From assembly GCA_964623865.1 (NCBI GenBank), contig CAZUVX010000013.1:1-56539 (forward strand): DNA of 56,539 nt, written 5' to 3'. Positions 28,713-35,951 of the stretch are shown here, in pieces. The number at the start of each line of letters is the position of its first letter. Positions within the stretch are counted from its first letter, which is position 1. A model generated the notes under the pieces. The model made no database searches. It had not been told where the DNA came from and saw nothing but the letters and a program-made list of their open reading frames with translations. The stretch comes from an uncultured Spirochaetaceae bacterium (GTDB lineage Bacteria; Spirochaetota; Spirochaetia; DSM-27196; PWMO01). Position numbers and translations under genes: made by a program.

Positions 28713-29933
28713 CTATCCACCAACGGTGGAGAAAAAGCCGTCAAAGACCAGGTCCGCCGCACCTTGTCCGGCGATTACCGGATCGTACTCGTGCGGCACA
28801 ATGTCGCGTTGCACCGCCGCTGCGAAGGGCCTCAGGGAACCGAGACTCTCCCGTAGCGCGTCACACAGCACCTCCGACAACGCCTGGGAACGCGTCACAA
28901 TGAGAACCGCCTCCGGGTTGAGCGTGTTCAGCAAGCTGTACACCGCCGTAACCAGATGCGCCTTTGCTTCATCGAGGGTTCGCAGCACCTCCTCGTCTCC
29001 TGCAGCGAGGCGGGCGAAGAAATCCTCGATGCTGGGAACCTCCGCCTCCCGGCGCAGGACCTCCTCGCTGAGATAGGTCTCCAGACATCCCCGGCGCCCG
29101 CACCGGCACTCCGGCCCGGACGGGTCCACGACCAGGTGGCCCACCTCGAGGGCGGTCCGGTGGTGGTTCACGAAGAGCGCGCCGTTTTGAATGAAGGCGC
29201 CGCCGACGCCGGCTCGCAGCACCAGAGTGAGCACGGATCGGCGTCCCAGCACCGATCCGTAGCGGTACTCAGAAAGGGCAATCACCGCCGCGTTATTGTG
29301 AAGGTGCACCGGGACGCCGAAGACCTCCTCCAGGCGCTCCCGCAATGGGAAGCCGTCCATTCCGTCGATCCGCGGGTAGCGAAGAACGACGCCGGACTCA
29401 AGGTCCACCATACCCGGTGCGCCGACCCCGATTCCCAGGAGACGGTCGCGATCTATACCCGCCTGGTCAATCGCCTCGGTGATCAGCGCCTCGAGGCGCT
29501 CCAGGATCTCTTCGACTCCGGTGAGACCGTTGAGGTCCACAACATCCCGGTAGACCGGGGCTCCCGCGAAGTCGACCACCACGGCGGAGGCCGACCGCGA
29601 CCAGAAGTCCACACCTACTACGTAGAGGGCGTCGGGATTGACGCAGTAGTACGCCGGGCGGCGCCCTTTGCGCTCGCCCTCCGACCGCTCGACGGGCGGA
29701 TCCGACCGTTTCTCCCCCTGTCGCTCCGAGAGCCTCTCTGCGTCCTCGACACAGTTGCTGATGAAGCCCTGCTCCTCCAGGACCTGGAAGATGCGGAATA
29801 CCGTCGGCGGCTTGAGCCCGGTGAGCTGCGCAACCTGACTCTGGGACAATCCGCTCTGACGGCGGATGAGGCTCAACACCAGCTTCTCGTTGCGGGCGCG
29901 AATGTCGGCGCTGCGGAGGGGCTTCGCTTCCAT
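28713..29933 (-). CDS. ROK family transcriptional regulator
   Basis: N-terminal wHTH (RARNEKLVLSLIRRQSGLSQSQVAQLTGLKPPTVFRIFQVLEEQGFI). ROK glucokinase-like body with the zinc motif CRCGRRGCLETY. A charged low-complexity insert of about 35 aa lies between the two domains. Confidence 0.88.
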   Translation of the reverse strand: MEAKPLRSADIRARNEKLVLSLIRRQSGLSQSQVAQLTGLKPPTVFRIFQVLEEQGFISNCVEDAERLSERQGEKRSDPPVERSEGERKGRRPAYYCVNPDALYVVGVDFWSRSASAVVVDFAGAPVYRDVVDLNGLTGVEEILERLEALITEAIDQAGIDRDRLLGIGVGAPGMVDLESGVVLRYPRIDGMDGFPLRERLEEVFGVPVHLHNNAAVIALSEYRYGSVLGRRSVLTLVLRAGVGGAFIQNGALFVNHHRTALEVGHLVVDPSGPECRCGRRGCLETYLSEEVLRREAEVPSIEDFFARLAAGDEEVLRTLDEAKAHLVTAVYSLLNTLNPEAVLIVTRSQALSEVLCDALRESLGSLRPFAAAVQRDIVPHEYDPVIAGQGAADLVFDGFFSTVGG

Positions 29934-31279
29934 CAGCGGTTTCCCTCTCCCGGCGCAGCCCCGGGACGGATGCGTGCGACCGTGGCGTTGGCAATCGGCA
30001 TGACCGCCACGTGCGCGTCCGCCGGCAGCGCCGCCAACACCGCCTCCACTGCTTCCTGTGCGGACGGCATGGGCTCCAGCAGCAGTCGGCGCACTCGCGC
30101 CGGCTCCATGGTGGAAACGAGGATCACTCTGCGTCCGGCTGCGTCCCGGGCAATCTGGAACGCCTTGTGGGGACCTACGTGGAACCCCTCCCGGGCGAAT
30201 CGTTCCAGTACCTCAGCGTTGGAGGAGCACTCCCGCACCCACGTCTCGTACTTCTCGCTGCCGGTTCCCTCCGGGCACGCCGCAAGCAGGACAATCGGCG
30301 CACCGGGCGCTGCAATGAGAGCGGCGTGGGCCAGCGCTTTCTGGGCCTGGTAGAGATTGATGTCTTTGGGATGCCCCCCGGGGGACGCAATGACCGCATC
30401 TGCAGCGCGAGGAACCTCGACCTCGAAGATGCTTCGGGCAATCTCGACGCCGGCGCGCATGACCTCCCCCGGTCGTCCCGCAACGGCGTCGACGAGCTCC
30501 TTCTGGCGATTGAGAACTGCGTTGAGGGCAAGGTCGACCCGCACCATCGTCCCCATCTCCTCGACGTCGTCACGCGTCGGGTTGCCCGCCAGGTTGCCCA
30601 GGCGGGCCGCCTCATGGCTCATGAAGGCGTGGTTGTAGTCGACGGTCTCGAATCCGGCAAGGCCGATCACGGCGCTCTTCACGCCGCCGGAGTATCCCAT
30701 GAACTGGTGGGGCTCAATGTTCCCCACGACAATGCGCAGGTCCGCCTCCAGAAAGCGGCGGTTCATCCATACCGGCGTTCCCCGAGAGGTGGTGCCGACG
30801 CGATCCAGGTTCTCGGTGTCATACGCGTCGTGACTGACCACACGGTAACCCTCCACCACTTCACCGGGCAGGATTCCCGGGAACTCCCCGGGATCCATGG
30901 GCGCGTGGGTCCCCGTCGCAACGAGGAAGGTTATGTTCTCCGCGACAAAGCCGACGGCGTGGAGCTTCTTCAGGAGGGGCGGCAGGAGCACGTCGTGGGG
31001 GACCGGGCGCGTTTTGTCGTTCACCGCAATGGCGACGGTTTTCAGGCCGGCGAAGTCTTCCCAGGTAATGCAGCCGACCAGGGTGTCCAGCGCCTCTTCC
31101 ACGCGGCCCTGCGGATCCGCGGCGCCCTCCCGGGGCACCGGAGCCACCTCGCAGGCACGGAAGGAGGCGGGCAGCTCAACGGCTACCGTGTCGCGTCCGT
31201 AGGGCAGATGGAAACTCGCCGCGTCCACGTCATCCTCCCGGCCGTGGGCCGCGCCGGAGCGACCGCTGCCGCCCGACAC
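29933..31279 (-). CDS. LarA family (nickel-pincer nucleotide-dependent) 2-hydroxyacid racemase/epimerase
   Basis: 448 aa with motifs AVNDKTRPVPH, LVATGTHAP, NIEPHQFMGYSGGVKS, DYNHAF and INLYQAQKAL. As I recall them, these match the cofactor-binding and catalytic residues of lactate racemase LarA. Confidence 0.8.
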   Translation of the reverse strand: MSGGSGRSGAAHGREDDVDAASFHLPYGRDTVAVELPASFRACEVAPVPREGAADPQGRVEEALDTLVGCITWEDFAGLKTVAIAVNDKTRPVPHDVLLPPLLKKLHAVGFVAENITFLVATGTHAPMDPGEFPGILPGEVVEGYRVVSHDAYDTENLDRVGTTSRGTPVWMNRRFLEADLRIVVGNIEPHQFMGYSGGVKSAVIGLAGFETVDYNHAFMSHEAARLGNLAGNPTRDDVEEMGTMVRVDLALNAVLNRQKELVDAVAGRPGEVMRAGVEIARSIFEVEVPRAADAVIASPGGHPKDINLYQAQKALAHAALIAAPGAPIVLLAACPEGTGSEKYETWVRECSSNAEVLERFAREGFHVGPHKAFQIARDAAGRRVILVSTMEPARVRRLLLEPMPSAQEAVEAVLAALPADAHVAVMPIANATVARIRPGAAPGEGNR

Positions 31280-31301
31280 GGCCCCTCCGTTCCGGCACGT
31301 C

Positions 31302-32453
31302 CTATGCGCTCCGGTACAGCTTCGTCAGCACGAATTCGTTGTGACGAAGCGCTTCGGCCGAAGTCAGTCGGCCGTTGATGGTTCGGTACATGACGTCCAT
31401 GACCGCATCCGCCGCCTGGTCCAGGTTCATCTCCAGACGCAGCATGCCGGTAAGATCGACGTCAATGTGCTCGCTCATGGTCTCCACCGTCAACGGGTTC
31501 GCCGAAATCTTCATGACGGGAATGATGGGGTTGCCGATGATGTTGCCCTGCCCGGTCGTGAAGAAGTGAAGCACCGATCCCCCTGCCGCGCACAGTGTCA
31601 CCTGCTCGGCGGCGGCGCTCGAGCTGTCCATGAAGTGGAGCCCCCCGGCCCTCGCCGGTTCCTCCGCCGGTTTCAACACCGAGGTCACCTGGTTGTTCCC
31701 GATCTTCTCGACGTTTCCAAGGGCCTTCTCTTCGATGGTCGAGAGACCGCCCCGGATGTTTCCTTCGGTGGGCTGAGAGCCCAGGAGGTCCGCGCCGGTA
31801 CCCGTGATGAAGTCCTGGTAGTCCTGGAAGGTCTTCATGAAGTCGGCCTTGACCTCTTCAGTGATACACTTGTCGGCAATCTTGTCCTCTGCGCCGGTGA
31901 CCTCGCTGGTCTCGCCGAAGAAGGCAGTCGAGCCCTCCGCGAGCATGCGCTCCAAGGTGCGGCCGATCGCCGGATTGGAGGCGAGCCCCAGCGTCGTATC
32001 GGACTCGCCGCACTTCGCGCTCACCCACATATCCTTCAGAGAGATAGGTTCCCGCTTTCGCTCGCTCGCCCACTGCACCAATTGCCGCGCCTTCTGCGCC
32101 GCTTGATAGATCGTCTTCAGGTCCCCGGCGCGCTCAATGCTGAAGGACTCCACGGGCTTGCCCGTCGCAGCGATCCCATCGGCAATGCGCTTGGTCCAGT
32201 TCGGCTCAATGCCGATGACAATCGCCGCGGCAATGTTGGGATTACGCCCCGTACCGATGAGCGTCCGGAAGGTGAGCTCCAGGTCCTCACCGAACTGCAG
32301 ACGTCCGTACGGATGGGGAAGCGCCATGACGTCGCGAATCAGATAGGACACCCCTTCCGCGGCGGCGTTGGAGATATCGTCCACAGGGATGACTGCAACG
32401 TAGTTGCGCACCCCTACTCGTCCGTTCTCGCGTCGATATCCGGTCAGTTCCAT
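31302..32453 (-). CDS. UxaA family dehydratase/lyase large subunit (SuyB-like; candidate (2R)-sulfolactate sulfo-lyase beta subunit)
   Basis: ELTGYRRENGRVGVRNYVAVIPV..., the UxaA C-terminal family over its whole length. GAGGTGGG RBS and ATG at 32453 sharing a TAATG junction with the small subunit (alternative GTG at 32462). Confidence 0.75.
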   Translation of the reverse strand: MELTGYRRENGRVGVRNYVAVIPVDDISNAAAEGVSYLIRDVMALPHPYGRLQFGEDLELTFRTLIGTGRNPNIAAAIVIGIEPNWTKRIADGIAATGKPVESFSIERAGDLKTIYQAAQKARQLVQWASERKREPISLKDMWVSAKCGESDTTLGLASNPAIGRTLERMLAEGSTAFFGETSEVTGAEDKIADKCITEEVKADFMKTFQDYQDFITGTGADLLGSQPTEGNIRGGLSTIEEKALGNVEKIGNNQVTSVLKPAEEPARAGGLHFMDSSSAAAEQVTLCAAGGSVLHFFTTGQGNIIGNPIIPVMKISANPLTVETMSEHIDVDLTGMLRLEMNLDQAADAVMDVMYRTINGRLTSAEALRHNEFVLTKLYRSA

Positions 32454-32749
32454 TACGCCCACCTCACACTCTTAACGTTCTGGGTATGGACGTGGTCGCC
32501 GGTGGTGATCTTCCTGGTCGCCCGTCCAATGCTCCGTCCGTACTTCACTACGTCTTTGCCTTCGTCGATGTCGCGCAAGGCGATCTTGTGCCCCAGGGGA
32601 ATCTCCTCGCCGGCAGTAACGGTCGCAATCTCCTTGCCGTCCAGCGTCACCGCCTTCACCGAGGTCCCCGCTGCGACGTCCTGCACCACGACGGCCACAT
32701 CATCGTTGGCCTCGTGCATGAGTGCACCGTGCTTCATAGCTGTTGCCAT
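32453..32749 (-). CDS. SAF-domain small subunit of a split UxaA-family enzyme (SuyA-like)
   Basis: 98 aa. DDVAVVVQDVAAGT...EIPLGHKIALRDIDEGKDVVKYGRSIGRATRKITTGDHVHTQN is the UxaA N-terminal/SAF pattern. The start may instead be the second ATG at 32737, which has better RBS spacing. Confidence 0.75.
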   Translation of the reverse strand: MATAMKHGALMHEANDDVAVVVQDVAAGTSVKAVTLDGKEIATVTAGEEIPLGHKIALRDIDEGKDVVKYGRSIGRATRKITTGDHVHTQNVKSVRWA

Positions 32750-32761
32750 CCTCCGTGATTA

Positions 32762-32790
32762 TTGACCACAATGTTTTTGTTTCTTACAAT
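32762..32790 (+). promoter_or_regulatory. Sigma70-like promoter for the transaldolase-aldehyde dehydrogenase operon (TTGACC-17 nt-TACAAT)
   Basis: TTGACC at 32762..32767, a 17-nt spacer, then TACAAT at 32785..32790, inside the only AT-rich patch of the 198-bp divergent intergenic region. This implies a 5'UTR of about 150 nt. Confidence 0.55.
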
Positions 32791-32797
32791 AAGAAAC
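32779..32797. promoter_or_regulatory. Perfect inverted repeat GTTTCTTA-caa-TAAGAAAC (candidate repressor operator)
   Basis: 8+3+8 perfect palindrome overlapping the -10 of the predicted tal promoter. It lies in the leader of the divergent suyA-like operon. Confidence 0.5.
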
Positions 32798-32841
32798 TAA
32801 TAAAGGTGTACCGGTGTTCGGAGGAATTGTCAAGGGCAGTG

Positions 32842-32881
32842 CCCGGGTAACCTGGATTCCCGGGTAACCCGGGATCCCGGG
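32842..32881 (+). repeat. Cluster of four CCCGGG palindromes including a CCCGGGTAACC direct repeat, in the tal 5' leader
   Basis: CCCGGG at 32842, 32859, 32868 and 32876. CCCGGGTAACC at 32842..32852 and 32859..32869. The copies are mutually complementary, so alternative hairpins are possible. Confidence 0.6.
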
Positions 32882-32947
32882 GAGCCTCGGCACCGGTAGC
32901 CGGTCGGCACCGAAGCATGAGTCTGTTTCCCATAAGGAGTACGCGAC

Positions 32948-33592
32948 ATGAAGTTCTTTCTCGACACGGCCATGGTAGATGAGATCAAGGAGGCGGCCCG
33001 CTGGGGCATCCTCGACGGCGTGACCACCAATCCAACGCATGTTTCAAAGACCGGGCGCACCGTCTCGGACCTCTATCCGGAGATTGTGAAGCTCGTCGAC
33101 GGCGACGTCAGTCTGGAGACGATCGGCCTCGACGCCGACACGATCGTCAAGGAGGGGCGCGACCTCGCAAAGGTCGGCGACAACGTGGTCGTAAAGGTTC
33201 CGGTCATGAAGGAGGGTCTTGTCGCCGTGAAGCGGCTGGCAGCCGAGGGAATCCGAACCAACGTGACCGTCAACTTTCAGCCCGTTCAGGCCCTCATGGC
33301 GGCCAAGGCGGGGGCCTCTTACATCAGCCCCTTCGTAGGTCGCCTCGATTACGTGGGCCACGACGGCATGGAGCTGGTTGAGCAAATCCGCCAAATCTAC
33401 GACAACTACGGCTACGAGACGGAGATCATTGTCGCCGCGGTACGGCACCCGCTTCACGTCGTCCAGGCGGCACTGATCGGCGCCGAAGTGTGCACCATGA
33501 ACTTCGACGTAATGAGCAAGCTCTACGATCACCCGCTGACCGATCAGGGCATCGAGATGTTTCTGGAAGACTACAAGAAGGTGCCGAAGTAA
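32948..33592 (+). CDS. Transaldolase, TalC/Fsa subfamily (candidate 6-deoxy-6-sulfofructose transaldolase)
   Basis: AAGGAG RBS. 214 aa, MKFFLDTA...DGVTTNP, Schiff-base Lys in VVVKVP. Glu in SLETIG and Phe in SPFVGRLD indicate the transaldolase rather than the F6P-aldolase subtype. Confidence 0.88.
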   Translation: MKFFLDTAMVDEIKEAARWGILDGVTTNPTHVSKTGRTVSDLYPEIVKLVDGDVSLETIGLDADTIVKEGRDLAKVGDNVVVKVPVMKEGLVAVKRLAAEGIRTNVTVNFQPVQALMAAKAGASYISPFVGRLDYVGHDGMELVEQIRQIYDNYGYETEIIVAAVRHPLHVVQAALIGAEVCTMNFDVMSKLYDHPLTDQGIEMFLEDYKKVPK

Positions 33593-33601
33593 GGGGGCCT
33601 C

Positions 33602-35035
33602 ATGGACACGAAGAAGCTGTATCTCAACGGCGAATGGGTCGACACCGGCAACTACTTCACCGTCGTCGATCCGGGCAATCGGGAGGAGGTTGCCCGGGTC
33701 GCTGCGGCGGGACCCGAGCTTGCCAAGAAGGCCGTGGACGATGCCTGGGAAGCCTTCGCCACCTGGCGACGCCTCACCGGGATCAAGCGGGGAGACTACC
33801 TCCTCGCGGTTGCCGAGTGCCTGGAGCGCCGCAAGGATGAGATCGGCAAGACCATCGTTCGGGAGAACGGCAAGCCCCTCGGCCAGGCCGTCGGTGAGGT
33901 GAACGTCGCGGTAGACCATCTGCGCTGGTTCGCCGAGGAGGCGCGCCGGGGGTACGGACGGATCATCCCGCACCAGGCCGACGGCAAGCGCCACCTGGTG
34001 CTCAAGCAACCGGTGGGCCCGGTCGCCTGCATCTCTCCGTGGAACTTCCCGCTTGTGCTGTCGGTGCGGAAGGTCGCCCCCGCCCTGGCGGCGGGGTGCA
34101 CAGTGATCCTTCGGCCCGCAACGCAGACCCCGCTCTGCAACGTTGCCCTGGCTGAGTGCTTTGACGAGGTCGGTATCCCGAAGGGAGTCTTCCAGCTCAT
34201 TGCAGGCCCGGCGAGCAAGATCGTCGGCGAGTTCATGGACCACCCGAACCTCCGCAAGATCTCCTTCACCGGATCCACCGAGGTGGGCAAGAAGCTGCTG
34301 CAACAGTCGGCGAAGACCGTGACGAAGCTCTCCCTTGAGCTCGGCGGACACGCCCCCGTAGTCGTCTTCGAAGATGCGGACCTGGACACGGCCGTCGAGG
34401 GCGCACTGATCACCAAGTTCCGCAACACCGGCCAGTCGTGTATTGCTGCAAACCGGATCTACGTGCAGCGCTCAATTTACGAGGAGTTCCTGAAACGCTT
34501 CGGGGAGAAGGCATCCAGGATGAAGGTCGGCTACGGCCTGGATGAAGGGGTCGAGATCGGCGCCATTGTAGATGAAGAGGGCCTCAAGACCGCCCTGGCA
34601 CACATTGAGAACGCCAAGGAGTCAGGGGGTCGCGTCATCGCCGGAGGAAGGGTCGTCGAAGGCGCAACGGGCAACTTCCTCGAACCCACCGTCATTGCAG
34701 ATGTTCCCGACACTGCCGCGTGCATGCGCGAGGAGACCTTCGCCCCGATCGCACCGGTCGTCGCCTTCGACACCGAAGAGGAGGCGATACGGCAGGCCAA
34801 CAACACGCGCTACGGTCTTGCCGCCTACTTCTACACCCAGGACATCAATCGCGGTTTCCGCGTCGCCGAGGCCCTGGAGGCCGGTACGGTCGGCTGGAAC
34901 GACGCCGTTCCCTCGACCAGCAACGCCCCTTTCGGCGGCTTCAAGGAGAGCGGCCTGGGCCGCGAGCTCGGACAGGAGGGCATGGAAGCCTTCATGGAGA
35001 CGAAGCACGTCTCCCTGGGCGGGGTGGACGTGTAA
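33602..35035 (+). CDS. NAD(P)+-dependent aldehyde dehydrogenase, GabD-like (candidate sulfolactaldehyde dehydrogenase)
   Basis: 477 aa. ALDH motifs FTGSTEVGKKL, ELGGHAP, catalytic Cys in GQSCIAANR, and EETFAPIAP. Starts 9 nt after the transaldolase stop. Confidence 0.9.
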   Translation: MDTKKLYLNGEWVDTGNYFTVVDPGNREEVARVAAAGPELAKKAVDDAWEAFATWRRLTGIKRGDYLLAVAECLERRKDEIGKTIVRENGKPLGQAVGEVNVAVDHLRWFAEEARRGYGRIIPHQADGKRHLVLKQPVGPVACISPWNFPLVLSVRKVAPALAAGCTVILRPATQTPLCNVALAECFDEVGIPKGVFQLIAGPASKIVGEFMDHPNLRKISFTGSTEVGKKLLQQSAKTVTKLSLELGGHAPVVVFEDADLDTAVEGALITKFRNTGQSCIAANRIYVQRSIYEEFLKRFGEKASRMKVGYGLDEGVEIGAIVDEEGLKTALAHIENAKESGGRVIAGGRVVEGATGNFLEPTVIADVPDTAACMREETFAPIAPVVAFDTEEEAIRQANNTRYGLAAYFYTQDINRGFRVAEALEAGTVGWNDAVPSTSNAPFGGFKESGLGRELGQEGMEAFMETKHVSLGGVDV

Positions 35036-35138
35036 GCCCGCCGCCGGGCTGAGCGCCCGGGCAGCAGTGCGCACGCCGCCGTGCAGGCAAAGGCCGACTG
35101 CGGCGGCGTATCTGCGGTCGCGGGCGCCCGTCAGGGTT

Positions 35139-35172
35139 GCCGGGGCTTCCGCGGAAGCGGCCCAGCCCCGGC
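35139..35172. terminator. GC-rich nested hairpin between the convergent aldehyde dehydrogenase and TauE genes
   Basis: GCCGGGG...CCCCGGC outer stem enclosing the palindrome CTTCCGCGGAAG. Located in the 141-bp convergent gap. No U tract. Confidence 0.4.
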
Positions 35173-35176
35173 AGCC

Positions 35177-35923
35177 CTATAGCCCCGGCACTATCGCACT
35201 CGCGACCAGATACAGCCCCACGACAACGAGAGCCACGTCCGTTACGGTCTTGAAGCGGGCGGCGTCCACCTTTCCGGAGAGCCGCGCACCCAGAAAGACT
35301 GAGGCCAGGACAACGGGTATGAACGGCGCCGACCGCGCCGCAACGGATGCGTTGATGCTTCCCGCGACAATGTGGGTCGCCAGGATTCCCACACTCATGA
35401 CGACGAAGTAGAACTGTACATTGGACTTCGCGCGCATCCGGTCGGGATCCGAGGCGTACAGGTAGGCCACCATACCCGGGCCGGGCGTGGCGAAGGCGCC
35501 GCCCAGCAGTCCCGCGATAAGCGTGAAGATGTAGCCGACTCCGCGCTTCCCCAGTGCCCTCCGGGAGCGCTCCACCATTGTGATGTTCCAGATGATGAGC
35601 ACGATCACCACCCCACCGAGCACGCCGGTTATGACCTCCTGAGGCAGCGAATAGAGAAAGAGTGCACCCAGGGGCAAGACCACCATTCCCGCCACGCCGA
35701 AACGAAGAATCCGGCGGTACTCGACCCCGTGACGGTGGAGGAAGAAGTTGTAGAGCACCACCGCCCCGCCGGGCAGGATGGCCATGCCGACCGCCTCAGG
35801 GGTCGGATAGACCACGGCGAGGGCCGGCACGACGATCAATCCGTAGGCAAAGCCGGTGAGGCCTTGGACGAATCCCCCAAGGAAGTAGAGGCCGGCAGTG
35901 AGCAGAATGAGCGAAAGGTCCAT
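35177..35923 (-). CDS. TauE/SafE family sulfite/organosulfonate exporter
   Basis: ATG at 35923. 248 aa with 7-8 TM helices. Gly-rich helices (FLGGFVQGLTGFAYG, LIAGLLGGAFATPGPG) are typical of the TauE/SafE family. Confidence 0.85.
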   Translation of the reverse strand: MDLSLILLTAGLYFLGGFVQGLTGFAYGLIVVPALAVVYPTPEAVGMAILPGGAVVLYNFFLHRHGVEYRRILRFGVAGMVVLPLGALFLYSLPQEVITGVLGGVVIVLIIWNITMVERSRRALGKRGVGYIFTLIAGLLGGAFATPGPGMVAYLYASDPDRMRAKSNVQFYFVVMSVGILATHIVAGSINASVAARSAPFIPVVLASVFLGARLSGKVDAARFKTVTDVALVVVGLYLVASAIVPGL

Positions 35924-35951
35924 GTGCAAAGCCTCGTTGCGGTCGGACCCG

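Noticed and set aside
27177-32765. Chain of long plus-strand ORFs (27177..28541, 28956..30353, 30011..31378, 31341..32765) that could be read as a plus-strand operon.
   Set aside because: All are antisense to the SBP, ROK, LarA and UxaA-family genes, whose translations carry specific catalytic or zinc motifs. The plus-strand products are Arg/His/Gly-rich with no motifs.
33044-34351. 435-aa minus-strand ORF opposite the transaldolase and aldehyde dehydrogenase genes.
   Set aside because: It is an antisense shadow. The plus-strand genes have RBSs and textbook Tal and ALDH motifs, while the minus-strand product has none.
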